Below are positions 41,241 through 51,171 of a DNA stretch of 64,000 bases, piece by piece. Origin of the DNA: Acidobacteriota bacterium (lineage in GTDB: Bacteria > Acidobacteriota > UBA890 > WLXD01); contig CAXWPL010000003.1 in the NCBI GenBank assembly GCA_963666215.2, forward strand, positions 224,001 through 288,000, written 5' to 3'. Each line of letters begins with the position of its first letter. The stretch's first letter is position 1. A model generated the notes under the pieces. It did not search any database, was not told the origin of the DNA, and was given only the letters and a program-made list of their open reading frames with translations. Position numbers and translations under genes: made by a program.

Positions 41241-41313
41241 AGCTGGCGAGAGGACTCGAACCTCCGACCTGCTGATTACAAATCAGCTGCTCTGCCAACT
41301 GAGCTACGCCAGC
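41241..41313 (-). tRNA. tRNA-Thr(TGT)
   Basis: GCTGGCGTAGCTCAGTTGGCAGAGC-A-GCTGA-TT-TGT-AA-TCAGC...GGTTCGAGTCC...CGCCAGCT. Confidence 0.96.
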
Positions 41314-41341
41314 TGCGTATCCTGAGCTCCCAGCATTCGGA

Positions 41342-41350
41342 ACTATAGCA
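41342..41350 (-). promoter_or_regulatory. Extended -10 element for the tRNA-tuf operon
   Basis: Minus strand TGcTATAGT about 30 nt upstream of tRNA-Thr(TGT). Confidence 0.5.
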
Positions 41351-41366
41351 GGGTGTTTTGCCGCGC

Positions 41367-42119
41367 TCAGCCACCCTTCGCCAGGCGCCGTGACCGCTGT
41401 CGGACGACCTCGTAAGCGACGGCTGCAAAGGCGGCGTTGACGTTGAGAGAAGCCACTCTTCCGGCCATCGGAAGGTGTACCCGCAGGTCGCACCGCTCCG
41501 CGACCAACCGTCGCAATCCCCTCCCCTCGGCACCCGCTACGAGCGCTACCGGCACGCTCAAATCCACCTCGTGCCAGGATTGTGAGCTCGTCGGCTCGAG
41601 ACCGACCACCCAGTAGCCCAACTTCTTCAGTGTCTCCAGAAGCCGGTTGAGATTGCCCACGCGGTGAATGCGCAGGTGCTCCGTCGCTCCGGCGGACGCT
41701 CGCACCACCGCCGGCGTCACCGGCGATGCCCGACGTAGGGGCAGGCAAAGAGCCGTCACCCCCGCCGCCTCCGCCGTTCGGCAGATCGCACCGAGATTTT
41801 GAGGATCCTGAACCTGGTCGAGAACAACGACGAACTGATCCTCATCGGCACCTGGTAGCGTCGCTTCGTCGAGGTAGGGATAGGGGCCGCAACGCAACGC
41901 GGCACGGGCGTCTTCCACACCCGCGAGCCGCAGCTGCTCGACCGACCGCTTTAGAATCGGCACTCCCGCCGTTCCGGCGACCGCTTCCAAGTGGGGGTGT
42001 GCGGGGCCGCCGTCGGCGCGAAGCCACAACTCGTCGAGCCGGCGGCGCCGCGCGCGAAGGGCCTCACCGACCGAGTGGCTCCCGGTCAGCCACTCGCTAC
42101 CGTGCCGGCGCTCAGCCAC
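41367..42119 (-). CDS. rlmB: 23S rRNA (Gm2251) 2'-O-methyltransferase, SpoU family
   Basis: LDQVQDPQNLGAICRTA, GAEGRGL, SLNVNAA; GTG 42119 overlaps the gltX stop. Confidence 0.9.
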   Translation of the reverse strand: MAERRHGSEWLTGSHSVGEALRARRRRLDELWLRADGGPAHPHLEAVAGTAGVPILKRSVEQLRLAGVEDARAALRCGPYPYLDEATLPGADEDQFVVVLDQVQDPQNLGAICRTAEAAGVTALCLPLRRASPVTPAVVRASAGATEHLRIHRVGNLNRLLETLKKLGYWVVGLEPTSSQSWHEVDLSVPVALVAGAEGRGLRRLVAERCDLRVHLPMAGRVASLNVNAAFAAVAYEVVRQRSRRLAKGG

Positions 42120-43674
42120 GATCCTGTAGGATGCGCTCGATGCGCTCGCCAACGCCTGCGATGCCAACGCCCGACTCGGTTGCAGAACCGCGCTCGATCA
42201 ACGGTACCAGCCGAGCCAGCTCTGGACCATCCGACTCCAGCGTGAGAGCGAGGCGCAACGGATGAAAGAGCTCACGCCCACGCGCTCCGCTCTCGCGCCC
42301 CGCGGCCTTGGCGGCGGCGCGAAACCGATCGCCCTCCGAAAGTGCCTCACGGGCGCTGATCGCCGCGAAGGCGCGCAGTGTCGTCGGCGCGGTGGATGAC
42401 TCGGAAATCTCCTGGCGCGCGGCCTCCAAGGCGGCGCTGGTGGAAGCCGATGACGACGTCGGCAGATGCCGTAGCAACAAGGGCTGCAGCGCGCCGGCCA
42501 CCTCGCTCAACCAGCGGACACGGGGTCTGACCAGGTCGACCGCCTCGCGCCACCACGCTGGGGCTTGCTCCGGCGTCTCTCCAGCCTGGAGCAAGAAACC
42601 TCGCGCGCGATCGAGCAGCTCTTCGGGCGTCAGTCGCGCCAGATGCTGCTGGTTGAGCCAAGCGAGCTTGTCATCGTCGAAGATCGCGTTCGATGTCGCC
42701 AGCGCACGTGCGTCGAACACGTCGACGAGCTCGGCGCGCGTCAGCACCTCCTGCTCTCCGGGCACCTCCCACCCCAGAAGCGCCAGATAGTTCAAGAGAG
42801 CCTCTGGCAGCACTCCGCGAGCGCGCATCTCCGCGACACTTGCTGCGCCGTGGCGCTTCGACAGGCGCCGGCGATCGGGGCCTAGCAGCAGTGGAAGATG
42901 CAAGAAGAGCGGTGGCTCCCACCCGTAGGCGCGGTAGAGCGAGAGCTGTCGCGCGGTGTTGGTGAGATGATCCTGGCCCCTCACGACGCTGTCGATCGAC
43001 ATGTCATGGTCGTCGACCACAACGGCGAACTGATAAGTCGGTCGGCCGTCGCGGCGGACAATCACGAAGTCGCCGATCTCGTCGGCCGCAACCTCGAGCT
43101 CGCCGCGCAGCTCGTCGTGCATGCGGAAGTCGCCTGCGAGGTCGGCGGCGCGGAAGCGATACCGATACGCGGCGGGCTCGCCCGCGGCCACCCGCGAGCC
43201 GGCCGCGGCCGCGGGCAACGAACCACAGTCCGCCATGCAGCCGGGCGAGCTGGCCTCCACCACCGGGACGACCACGCCATGATCGGTGATGTCCTGTGTG
43301 TCGCCTTGCGCTGGAGTCTCGCCGCTCGAGCGCTGAGGCGGCTCGCAAAAACACGGGTATGCAGATTCTCTCCCGATCAGCTCGCGCAGCGCGGCGGAGT
43401 ACCGCTCGGCGCGCTGCGACTGCAGGTACGGCCCGTGCTCGCCGCCAACGTCCGGTCCTTCGTCCCAATCGAGACCGAGCCAGCGCAGGTCATCGAGCAA
43501 CCGATCGGTGGCCCCTTCAACATTGCGATCGAGGTCGGTGTCCTCGATGCGCAACACCAGCGCGCCTCCGCGGCGCCGGGCCTCGAGCCAATTCACGATC
43601 GCCGTGCGCGCGTTGCCGACGTGCAGCGACCCGGTGGGGCTCGGCGCAAAACGCAGCCGCGGCGCGTCGACCAT
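42112..43674 (-). CDS. gltX: Glutamate--tRNA ligase
   Basis: RFAPSPTGSLHVGNAR, LRIEDTD, VVDD, RGQDH, LSKRHG; C-terminal anticodon-binding domain (FHPLRLALT...GPEL); ATG 43674 overlaps the upstream stop. Confidence 0.93.
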   Translation of the reverse strand: MVDAPRLRFAPSPTGSLHVGNARTAIVNWLEARRRGGALVLRIEDTDLDRNVEGATDRLLDDLRWLGLDWDEGPDVGGEHGPYLQSQRAERYSAALRELIGRESAYPCFCEPPQRSSGETPAQGDTQDITDHGVVVPVVEASSPGCMADCGSLPAAAAGSRVAAGEPAAYRYRFRAADLAGDFRMHDELRGELEVAADEIGDFVIVRRDGRPTYQFAVVVDDHDMSIDSVVRGQDHLTNTARQLSLYRAYGWEPPLFLHLPLLLGPDRRRLSKRHGAASVAEMRARGVLPEALLNYLALLGWEVPGEQEVLTRAELVDVFDARALATSNAIFDDDKLAWLNQQHLARLTPEELLDRARGFLLQAGETPEQAPAWWREAVDLVRPRVRWLSEVAGALQPLLLRHLPTSSSASTSAALEAARQEISESSTAPTTLRAFAAISAREALSEGDRFRAAAKAAGRESGARGRELFHPLRLALTLESDGPELARLVPLIERGSATESGVGIAGVGERIERILQDRG

Positions 43675-45257
43675 CAAGCGGTCGCGGCGCGCTCGCGCCA
43701 CGAACAGCCGGCCGTATATAGATAGCCGCTCAGGAACAGAAGCAGGAACGGCAGCGACACCCACATGTGCAGACCAACAGCGGTGGCGCTCGCCACGGCA
43801 AAGTAGGCCGCCAGCCCGGCTTCGACCCACGAGAGCCAGCCGCGTCCGCCTCGACGCGTGCGGTAACTCCGTCGCAAGCGCAGCTTGTTGTCTTCCGCGG
43901 AGGCGATCGCCAGCTTCGGCGTGCGAACGAACTCGCCGGTAGCGCGCCGGCATCCGTCGAGCACCGCGAGCGTGTTGTTGAGCGAAATCCCGATGCCGAG
44001 CGCCATCAGCGCCGGCAGTCGCAGCAACGCGGCCGTGAGCGGACGGCCAATCTCGTGCTGCGCCGCCAGGTAGAAGACGCCCACCGCCCCCGTGCCGAAG
44101 ATCAGGATCGGCAGATCGATCATGAGCGCCCCGCGGGCACCGCCCGATAGCCGCAGCAGCATCGCTGGGAAAACGATCAGCGACAAGGCCACCATCAACG
44201 GATAGACAACATTGGCCGTCATGTGAAAGGTCCCCTCGACCTTGACGCGCAGCGGTACGCTCGATCGCCAAAGCCGCCCCAGCAGCTTGCGCGCAGTCTG
44301 CACCGCTCCCTTCGTCCATCGATGCTGCTGGCTCTTGAAGGCGGCGATGGTGGTCGGCAGCTCGGCCGGCGCCACCGGCGTGTCGACATAACGAAACCGC
44401 CAGCCGGCGAGCTGGGCCCGATACGAGAGATCGAGATCCTCGGTCAGCGTGTCGTGCTGCCAACCGCCGGCCTCGTCGATCGCCTGGCGCCGCCAAACAC
44501 CGGCGGTGCCGTTGAAGTTGAAAAACCGACCCGAACGGTTGCGCGCCGCCTGCTCGATGACGAAGTGGGCGTCGAGCAGCATCGCCTGCAGCCGTGTCAG
44601 CAGCGAGTGGTCGCGGTTGAGGTGGCCCCAGCGCACCTGCACCAAGCCGACGTCTGAGTCGTCGAAGTGACCCAGCGTTCGACGAAGGAAATCGGCCGGC
44701 GGCACGAAGTCGGCGTCGAAGATACAAATCAGCTCACCGCTAGCATGTTGCAGCCCGGCCGCCAACGCCCCGGCCTTGAAGCCCGCCCGATCGCGACGAT
44801 GGTGGTGCTCGATCCGATAGCCCTTCTCGCGAAGCTCACGCACGCGGCGCGCCACAAGGTTCCGAGTGCCGTCGGTCGAGTCGTCGAGCACCTGGATGTC
44901 GAGGCGATCGCGAGGGTAGTCGAGCGCGGCTATCGCCGCCAGCAGGCGTTCGACAACATAGAGTTCGTTGAAGATGGGCAGCTGCACCGTCACAACCGGC
45001 CACAGCGCCGCGCGCGCCTCGTCCGCGTTCACGTCTTCTGCGTTCACGTCTTCTGAGAATCCCGTTGGCTCGAACGTTCCCGCGTCCAGCGACGACTCGC
45101 TGCCACGATTCCGCCAGTACAGCCATACGAGGTGCAGCCGGTGCAGCCCGAAGATCGACAGCAACCCGAGAACGCCGAAGTAGACGACCAGAACCAGGGT
45201 CTCGATCTGCCGGCCGGCGACGCCGAACGTGTCGATAAGATCGGCCAGTCCGATCAC
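43674..45257 (-). CDS. Processive membrane GT2 glycosyltransferase (cellulose synthase/CslA-like)
   Basis: [29 protein letters not shown] and QQHRW (D,D,D,QxxRW) plus TM helices. Confidence 0.92.
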   Translation of the reverse strand: MIGLADLIDTFGVAGRQIETLVLVVYFGVLGLLSIFGLHRLHLVWLYWRNRGSESSLDAGTFEPTGFSEDVNAEDVNADEARAALWPVVTVQLPIFNELYVVERLLAAIAALDYPRDRLDIQVLDDSTDGTRNLVARRVRELREKGYRIEHHHRRDRAGFKAGALAAGLQHASGELICIFDADFVPPADFLRRTLGHFDDSDVGLVQVRWGHLNRDHSLLTRLQAMLLDAHFVIEQAARNRSGRFFNFNGTAGVWRRQAIDEAGGWQHDTLTEDLDLSYRAQLAGWRFRYVDTPVAPAELPTTIAAFKSQQHRWTKGAVQTARKLLGRLWRSSVPLRVKVEGTFHMTANVVYPLMVALSLIVFPAMLLRLSGGARGALMIDLPILIFGTGAVGVFYLAAQHEIGRPLTAALLRLPALMALGIGISLNNTLAVLDGCRRATGEFVRTPKLAIASAEDNKLRLRRSYRTRRGGRGWLSWVEAGLAAYFAVASATAVGLHMWVSLPFLLLFLSGYLYTAGCSWRERAATA

Positions 45258-45281
45258 CTACAGCCACCAGGGTTGTCGCCG

Positions 45282-46619
45282 GTGGACCCGCCGCCGGGCC
45301 TTGTCGCAGGCGTCGTCATCTCCGGATGTGGGCTCCTCGCCTGCTGCTCGGCGTTGCTATTCATAGGTGATCTACGCGCGCGCCCTCAGGCAGCCATCCT
45401 GACGCTGATGACGGCCGGCATCTGCTACATGGTGGGATCGTGGGGCCTGGCTCGAGCCTGGAGGGTCTGGAACGCTGCGAAACAGCGCAATGCGCTGCGC
45501 GGTGTGCTGCTGGTGGCAGTGGCCATGCGAATGATCCTGCTGTTTTTGCCACCCACGCTCTCCGACGATGTCTACCGCTATCGCTGGGACGGCAAAGTCC
45601 AGGCGAGCGGCAACAACCCCTATCTCGAGCCGCCAGCCGCCAGCCGGCTGGAGCCGCTGCGGGACGCCGAGTGGGAACGCATCAACTACCCGCGCATCCG
45701 ATCGATCTATCCCCCGCTGGCCCAAGCGCTCTTCCATATTACCTACCGCCTGAACGGAAGTGTCGCATCGTTCCGCCTGATGAGTGTGGTGGGTGACTTC
45801 CTCGCCCTTGCCGCCGTTTGGCTCTTTCTCCAGGCCGCCTCGCTGCCCCGCTGGAGACTGGCGCTCTACGCCTGGAGCCCGCTCGCGGCAGTGGAGTTTG
45901 CGTCGAGCGGCCACTACGACGGCTGGGTCGCGGCGACGGCCACACTCGCCTTGCTGGCCGCGCTTCGAGGCCGCGAGCTGCTGAGCACTGGCTGGCTCGC
46001 CGCTGGCATGTTGCTGAAGACATGGCCCGTGGTCCTGATACCGCTGCTACTGCGGCGGCGGCCCTGGTGGCACGGACCGGCGGTAATCGCCGCGCTCGTA
46101 GTCGCCTACCTGCCGTTTGCCGACGCCGCCGATGTCACCCTGCAACCCTGGCTCGACTACACCGGGCGCTGGCGATTCAACGACGGCGTCTTCTATCTAC
46201 TGCACGCCGCAATCGGCTCGCTCGCCGCAGCCAAGGCGGCCGCCGCGATGATCGGTACAGCCGTGTTCGCCTGGCTGTGGCGGCGGAACGCCGACGTGAT
46301 CAGTGCGAGCTACTGGCTGCTACTTGCTTTCATCTTGCTGATGCCAACGATCCACCCCTGGTATCTGCTCTGGGCGTTGCCGCTGGCCGCAATCGCCGCC
46401 GACCGTGGCTGGGTGTTGCTGTGTACTCTTGCGCCGCTGTCCTACTGGATCCTCGTAGGAGCGGCCGCCGACAGCAACGTTTGGGTCGAGCCGGTGTGGC
46501 CGCGCTTCGCCGAGTACGTGCCCGCCGCGGCGGTCTGGATCTGGCAGTGCCGAACCGACGCACCGCCGACACCGCACCCACCAAGCCCCGATCGTAACCC
46601 CGGGGCCGTTTCGCGCTGA
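45282..46619 (+). CDS. Polytopic GT-C fold glycosyltransferase (GT87/DUF2029-like)
   Basis: LSDDVYRYRWDG, NPY, IYPPLAQ, YAWSPL, GHYD, HPWY; many TM segments; start uncertain. Confidence 0.8.
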   Translation: MDPPPGLVAGVVISGCGLLACCSALLFIGDLRARPQAAILTLMTAGICYMVGSWGLARAWRVWNAAKQRNALRGVLLVAVAMRMILLFLPPTLSDDVYRYRWDGKVQASGNNPYLEPPAASRLEPLRDAEWERINYPRIRSIYPPLAQALFHITYRLNGSVASFRLMSVVGDFLALAAVWLFLQAASLPRWRLALYAWSPLAAVEFASSGHYDGWVAATATLALLAALRGRELLSTGWLAAGMLLKTWPVVLIPLLLRRRPWWHGPAVIAALVVAYLPFADAADVTLQPWLDYTGRWRFNDGVFYLLHAAIGSLAAAKAAAAMIGTAVFAWLWRRNADVISASYWLLLAFILLMPTIHPWYLLWALPLAAIAADRGWVLLCTLAPLSYWILVGAAADSNVWVEPVWPRFAEYVPAAAVWIWQCRTDAPPTPHPPSPDRNPGAVSR

Positions 46620-46780
46620 ACGGCCGCCGAGACGGTCGGCCGGGCCCCGGAACTCGCCAGAACGCCGGCTCCGAACCTATTAGCGTGGTTGAGGAGCTCG
46701 TGACTTCAGGCAGCGTCCCACCCGCGTCATGCGCCCGTATGACACGGACGACCTACTTGTGGCCGTACATCTCTCGCAAG

Positions 46781-48535
46781 TCACGGGGAGATCTCGAAGA
46801 CTACGAGGTCCTGGTCCTCGAACACTGGGCGCCCGAAGGCCTCGCCGTACAACGGAAGTAGCCTTGTGACGGCTTCGGAGGGACGCGGGTGTAGGCCCCT
46901 GTCTTGATCTCGACCGAATCCCTCTCTCAGAAGATCCCAATGAAGTATGGCGTACCGAGCTCCGCTCCTGCGCAGTGCGGACACGTCTGCCATGTAGATC
47001 ATGTTCTTGAGCTTCATCCACTCAGTGTTCGGCATCCATCCGATGAGCTCGTCCGGGAACATGGTGTCCCCTGCGTTTTGCCACCCCGGGTTCTGCCCCT
47101 CCGCGTATCCGATGAGCGTCCGCTTCTTGTGGAACTGTTGGGTGTAGTAATGAAGATTGGAGTGGTTTCCCATAAACATCGGGTATTCGATGATCGAGAA
47201 ATCCTCAGAGATAGCGCCTAGCGTCCGATAGAACGGCGATATCGTGCCGGCGCTCAACACCGGGGAATACGCGTAGGAGGGCCTGGCGGCCTCCCAATCA
47301 GGTGTCGCGTAAGACTGCTGGAAGGCAAAGTGATTCGTGAAGTTGTTCGGATATCGATAGATGTACGGTAGCGGCCCAGTCAAAATCAACCCGCTCAGCA
47401 GCGCGCCCACGCCGACCGTGTTCAGCAGGGTTGTCGCGGCTGGCGCTTCGACATCGAACCGCCGGCCGAAACTGGTGAGAATCCAATCTACCGCGATCGC
47501 TACCAGGAGACAGATAATCGGTAGAAGCACCAGGCAATACCGCAGCAGAACTACCGCCAAGTGAATGTCGGTAACCTTGATAAGGCTCAATATCGTGGCA
47601 TAGGACATGGCAAGCGCGAGGATCATCAATGCCAGGAGTTTGTCGCGCCGCCACAGCAACACCAACCCGAGCAGAGCCAGAAACCAAAACCCGGTTGCTA
47701 GCCCGGGGTTTGCCGTGCCGCTGGCCAGCGATGCAGCCGCCAACAGAGTCTCGATAGTTGCTTGGTCTGGAATCCCCAACACGTGAGACAAGAACGAGCT
47801 CCGCAGCACCGGCAGGGCCGCCATTAACACACACAGACCGGCAGCAAACGTGCCACCAAGAAGACTCGGCCACCCGAGCACGACACCCTGCTGAAGTCGC
47901 AGTCGACCACCCGGCGCACCAACCAGCTTTGCCAGCCACACCACCGACAGCGGCACGATAATCGCAACTGCGGCGAGCAGGTGGAAATACACCGCCACGC
48001 TGCCGAGAATCACGAACCCTCCTGCCCACTTCCGGCCCCCTCGAACTGCCCATAAATAGAGGCAAGTAATGGCCAGGAACCCGAGCACAACGTAGGCGCC
48101 ATACGCACGGAAGAGACGGCTGTAGTAGATCAGCGATGGCGAGATCGCCAGGAGAAACCCGAACACAACGGCGGCCCTGCCAGTGACCACCGAACGGACC
48201 GACAGCGGCATGACCACAAGGCCGAGCAGCCCCGCGGCCAGGAACGGCAACCGCAAGACCCACTCCGAATACCCGACCGTGTGCAGTACGAGCCAGGCAT
48301 AGAAATTGACAGCCGGGCTGTTGGCTCCGATGTTGATGCGGATCAGCGAGCCGAAGAATGAGAGCTTGCGGGCAAACGCAACGGCGTGCCACTCGTCGTC
48401 CAGGAGAGGCTGATCCGACAGCAGATAGAGCCGCAAGCCCGCGCCCAGCGCCAGTGCCGCGACGAGGCCCCCGTAGACCAGCAGTCGTGGCTCGGGCCTT
48501 CTCGCAACGCCTGAGAGAGCGCGATCCTCACTCAT
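46781..48535 (-). CDS. GT-C fold membrane glycosyltransferase (PMT_2/ArnT-like)
   Basis: LRL...QPLLDDE, SEWVLRLP, ISPSLIYYSRLFRAY; multiple TM helices and a soluble C-terminal domain. Confidence 0.72.
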   Translation of the reverse strand: MSEDRALSGVARRPEPRLLVYGGLVAALALGAGLRLYLLSDQPLLDDEWHAVAFARKLSFFGSLIRINIGANSPAVNFYAWLVLHTVGYSEWVLRLPFLAAGLLGLVVMPLSVRSVVTGRAAVVFGFLLAISPSLIYYSRLFRAYGAYVVLGFLAITCLYLWAVRGGRKWAGGFVILGSVAVYFHLLAAVAIIVPLSVVWLAKLVGAPGGRLRLQQGVVLGWPSLLGGTFAAGLCVLMAALPVLRSSFLSHVLGIPDQATIETLLAAASLASGTANPGLATGFWFLALLGLVLLWRRDKLLALMILALAMSYATILSLIKVTDIHLAVVLLRYCLVLLPIICLLVAIAVDWILTSFGRRFDVEAPAATTLLNTVGVGALLSGLILTGPLPYIYRYPNNFTNHFAFQQSYATPDWEAARPSYAYSPVLSAGTISPFYRTLGAISEDFSIIEYPMFMGNHSNLHYYTQQFHKKRTLIGYAEGQNPGWQNAGDTMFPDELIGWMPNTEWMKLKNMIYMADVSALRRSGARYAILHWDLLREGFGRDQDRGLHPRPSEAVTRLLPLYGEAFGRPVFEDQDLVVFEISP

Positions 48536-48646
48536 CGTGACAAGATCCGAAGAGTTCGATTTGTCCCGCGCTCGGCGAGCGGCCACGCGTGGCGCACCCA
48601 GGACGAGGCCCGTTTATTGTGCCTCGCCAAAGCGCCGCAGCAAGCG

Positions 48647-48850
48647 TTACTGCGATTGAGAAAAGCGCCGCTGACGCCGTCGCCAACGCCGGCGAGCGGC
48701 TGCCTGCTTGACACGCCGGCGCTCTCCTGGCTTGACGTAGTACGTGTGGCGCCTAGCGTCCCGAAGGATGTTCTCGCGCTGAACGAAGCGACGAAAGCGC
48801 CGCAGCGCGTGCTCGATCGATTCGCCGTCTTCGACGCGGACGTAAGCCAT
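48647..48850 (-). CDS. rpsU: 30S ribosomal protein S21
   Basis: MAYVRVEDGESIEHALRRFRR...YYVKPGERRRVK. Confidence 0.93.
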   Translation of the reverse strand: MAYVRVEDGESIEHALRRFRRFVQRENILRDARRHTYYVKPGERRRVKQAAARRRWRRRQRRFSQSQ

Positions 48851-48986
48851 TGCGGGTGCTTCCGTATTCGTATCGGTGAGGCGAGGCGGTGGCCACGCTC
48901 TTGCCTGGGAAGACTTGAACCACGCCTCACACAGCGCTGTCCAGCCTGGCGCGCGGACGCAACTGGGGCGTCCGCCAAGCAGCCGA

Positions 48987-49015
48987 AATATAGCGCGGGC
49001 GTATGGGAGCGTCAA
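48987..49015 (-). promoter_or_regulatory. sigma70 promoter for rpsU
   Basis: Minus strand TTGACG-N17-TATATT. Confidence 0.65.
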
Positions 49016-49182
49016 ACTCGAAAGGTCTTGGCATGCGCGGCAAGGCGCTCGCCGGCGGGCATCTCCAGTGGGGCAACCTGCCGACCATGACGCGCCTCGA
49101 CCCGTGCAATAATCCGCCCCTCTCTCCCCTTTGAGCAAACCGCAAGCGGCCGCGCTGTCCCTCCTCCGGCGCGTCCGCCACC

Positions 49183-50538
49183 GTGGAGATGCCATTCGTG
49201 TCGGCGACCGTACTCGTTGTGGGAAGCGGCGGCCGCGAGCACGCGCTGTGTTGGCTGCTCGATCGCAGCCCGAGCGTCGGCCGACTGCTGTGTGCACCGG
49301 GCAGCCACGGCATTGCGGCCCAGGCTGAGTGCCACAGCGTGCCAGCCGACGACATCGAGGGCATCATTCGGCTCGCGGCGAAGCAGTCCGTCGACCTGGT
49401 CGTCGTTGGCCCCGAGGCACCACTCGCTGCCGGCCTCAGCGACCGACTCATGGGCGAAGGGGTGCTGTGCTTCGGCCCCACGGCCGCCGCGGCTCGCCTC
49501 GAAAGCTCGAAGGGCTTCGCCAAGTCATTCATGCAGCGCCACGCGATCCCCACGGCCAGATTCGAAGCATTCAGCGACCCCGAAGCCGCGAGCGCTCTGG
49601 CGAGCGCGAGCCCGTGGGGCTATCCCGTGGTGGTCAAGGCCGACGGCCTCGCGGGCGGCAAGGGCGTGTTGATTTGCGCGTCCGCCGAGGAGGCCTTGGC
49701 CGCTGTGCGAAAGACCATGGTCGGGGGAGCCTACGGAGCCGCCGGAGCGTCCGTGGTGATCGAAGAGTTCCTGACCGGAATCGAGGTCACGGTGATGGCG
49801 CTTGCGGACGGCGCGTGTGCGCTACCGCTGTTGCCATCGCAGGATCACAAGCAAGCCTTCGATGGTGATCGTGGACCCAACACCGGCGGCATGGGGGCGT
49901 TTGCCCCGGCGGACGCGGTGATCGAGTCCCACACTCTCGCCTATGTTCACACGCAGATCCTACAGCGCACCGTGGATGGCATGGCTGCCGAGGGGACGCC
50001 GTTCCGTGGCGTTCTCTACGCCGGCGTCATGTTGACCGACGATGGGCCTCGAGTCCTGGAATACAACTGCCGCTTCGGCGACCCCGAAACGCAGGTCGTT
50101 CTGCCGCTGCTGCGTGAGGACGCGGCTGAGCTGTTCGCTGCAGTGGCAGCGGGCAGCGCCGCGAGCGGGCTGCCGGCCGAGCTCAGCTGGTCGAGCCGAA
50201 GCGCGGCCTGCATCATCTTGGCCGCGGGGGGGTATCCCGGCGCGGCTCGCGACGGAGACGCGATCACAGGGCTAACCGAAGCCGGAGGAGCGAGCGGCGC
50301 AAACGGCAAGGAGAGCAGCGACGAGACCGCAGGAGACGTGATCGTTTTCCACGCCGGCACACACCGAGGACCCCACGGCTGGGCCACCGCGGGCGGGCGC
50401 GTTCTAGGGGTCACCGCCCTAGGCGACAACCTTGCCGCGGCGCTCGACGCGGCGTACAACGCCGTTGGCACCATCCGTTTCGAACACATGCACTACCGCG
50501 GCGACATCGGCCGCCGGCCCGGCGCCGATTTTTCCTAG
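49183..50538 (+). CDS. purD: Phosphoribosylamine--glycine ligase
   Basis: GSGGREHAL, GPEAPL, KADGLAGGKGV, QDHK, GPNTGGMG, RFGDPETQ. Confidence 0.98.
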   Translation: MEMPFVSATVLVVGSGGREHALCWLLDRSPSVGRLLCAPGSHGIAAQAECHSVPADDIEGIIRLAAKQSVDLVVVGPEAPLAAGLSDRLMGEGVLCFGPTAAAARLESSKGFAKSFMQRHAIPTARFEAFSDPEAASALASASPWGYPVVVKADGLAGGKGVLICASAEEALAAVRKTMVGGAYGAAGASVVIEEFLTGIEVTVMALADGACALPLLPSQDHKQAFDGDRGPNTGGMGAFAPADAVIESHTLAYVHTQILQRTVDGMAAEGTPFRGVLYAGVMLTDDGPRVLEYNCRFGDPETQVVLPLLREDAAELFAAVAAGSAASGLPAELSWSSRSAACIILAAGGYPGAARDGDAITGLTEAGGASGANGKESSDETAGDVIVFHAGTHRGPHGWATAGGRVLGVTALGDNLAAALDAAYNAVGTIRFEHMHYRGDIGRRPGADFS

Positions 50539-50598
50539 GTTCGTCACAGCCCCCCCGACCCACGACTCTACTGACACCAAACAAGGAGCCACCGCGCC

Positions 50599-51117
50599 AT
50601 GAGCAGCGCCCGTGTCGCCGTCCTGATGGGCAGCGTTTCCGACTACGACATCATGGCCAACACGGTGCGCACGCTGCGCACGTTCGGCGTCGAGTGCGAG
50701 GTCAGAGTGCTGTCGGCACATCGCAGCCCCCACGCGGTGGCCGACTTCGTCAGCGGCGCCGCCGATCGCGGAATCCGTGTGGTGATCGCCGGCGCTGGCG
50801 GCGCCGCGCATCTCGCCGGGGTGGCGGCAGCGCACACCCGGCTGCCAGTGATCGGCGTGCCTCTGGTGGCCTCCCCCCTGGGTGGCCTCGATGCTCTGCT
50901 GGCGACCGTCCAGATGCCTGGAGGTGTTCCGGTGGCGACCGTGGGCATTGGCAAGGCCGGCGCCGTCAACGCCGCGCAACTGGCCGCGCGGCTACTGGCG
51001 CTCGACGACGCGGAGCTCGCCGATCGCGTGGAGGCCGATCGGGCCGCGCAGATCGAGCGGGTCGACGCTATGAACGACAAGCTGCGCGAGCGCCTCATCG
51101 AGGACGGGCTGGCCTGA
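50599..51117 (+). CDS. purE: N5-CAIR mutase
   Basis: MGSVSD, SAHR, GAGGAAHL, VQMPGGVPVATV. Confidence 0.98.
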   Translation: MSSARVAVLMGSVSDYDIMANTVRTLRTFGVECEVRVLSAHRSPHAVADFVSGAADRGIRVVIAGAGGAAHLAGVAAAHTRLPVIGVPLVASPLGGLDALLATVQMPGGVPVATVGIGKAGAVNAAQLAARLLALDDAELADRVEADRAAQIERVDAMNDKLRERLIEDGLA

Positions 51118-51171
51118 GTCGACCCGGAACGCAGGATCGCCAGGTCCCCAGAAGTGAGCCGCGCCGCAGAA

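Noticed and set aside
43675-44727. Apparent 350-aa N-terminal extension of GluRS (871-aa ORF)
   Set aside because: It overlaps the GT2 gene in another frame and is low-information Arg/Ala-rich sequence; GluRS homology starts at ATG 43674
48851-49297. Apparent N-terminal extension of S21
   Set aside because: Open frame by chance; a good promoter and the canonical S21 start lie within it, and it overlaps purD
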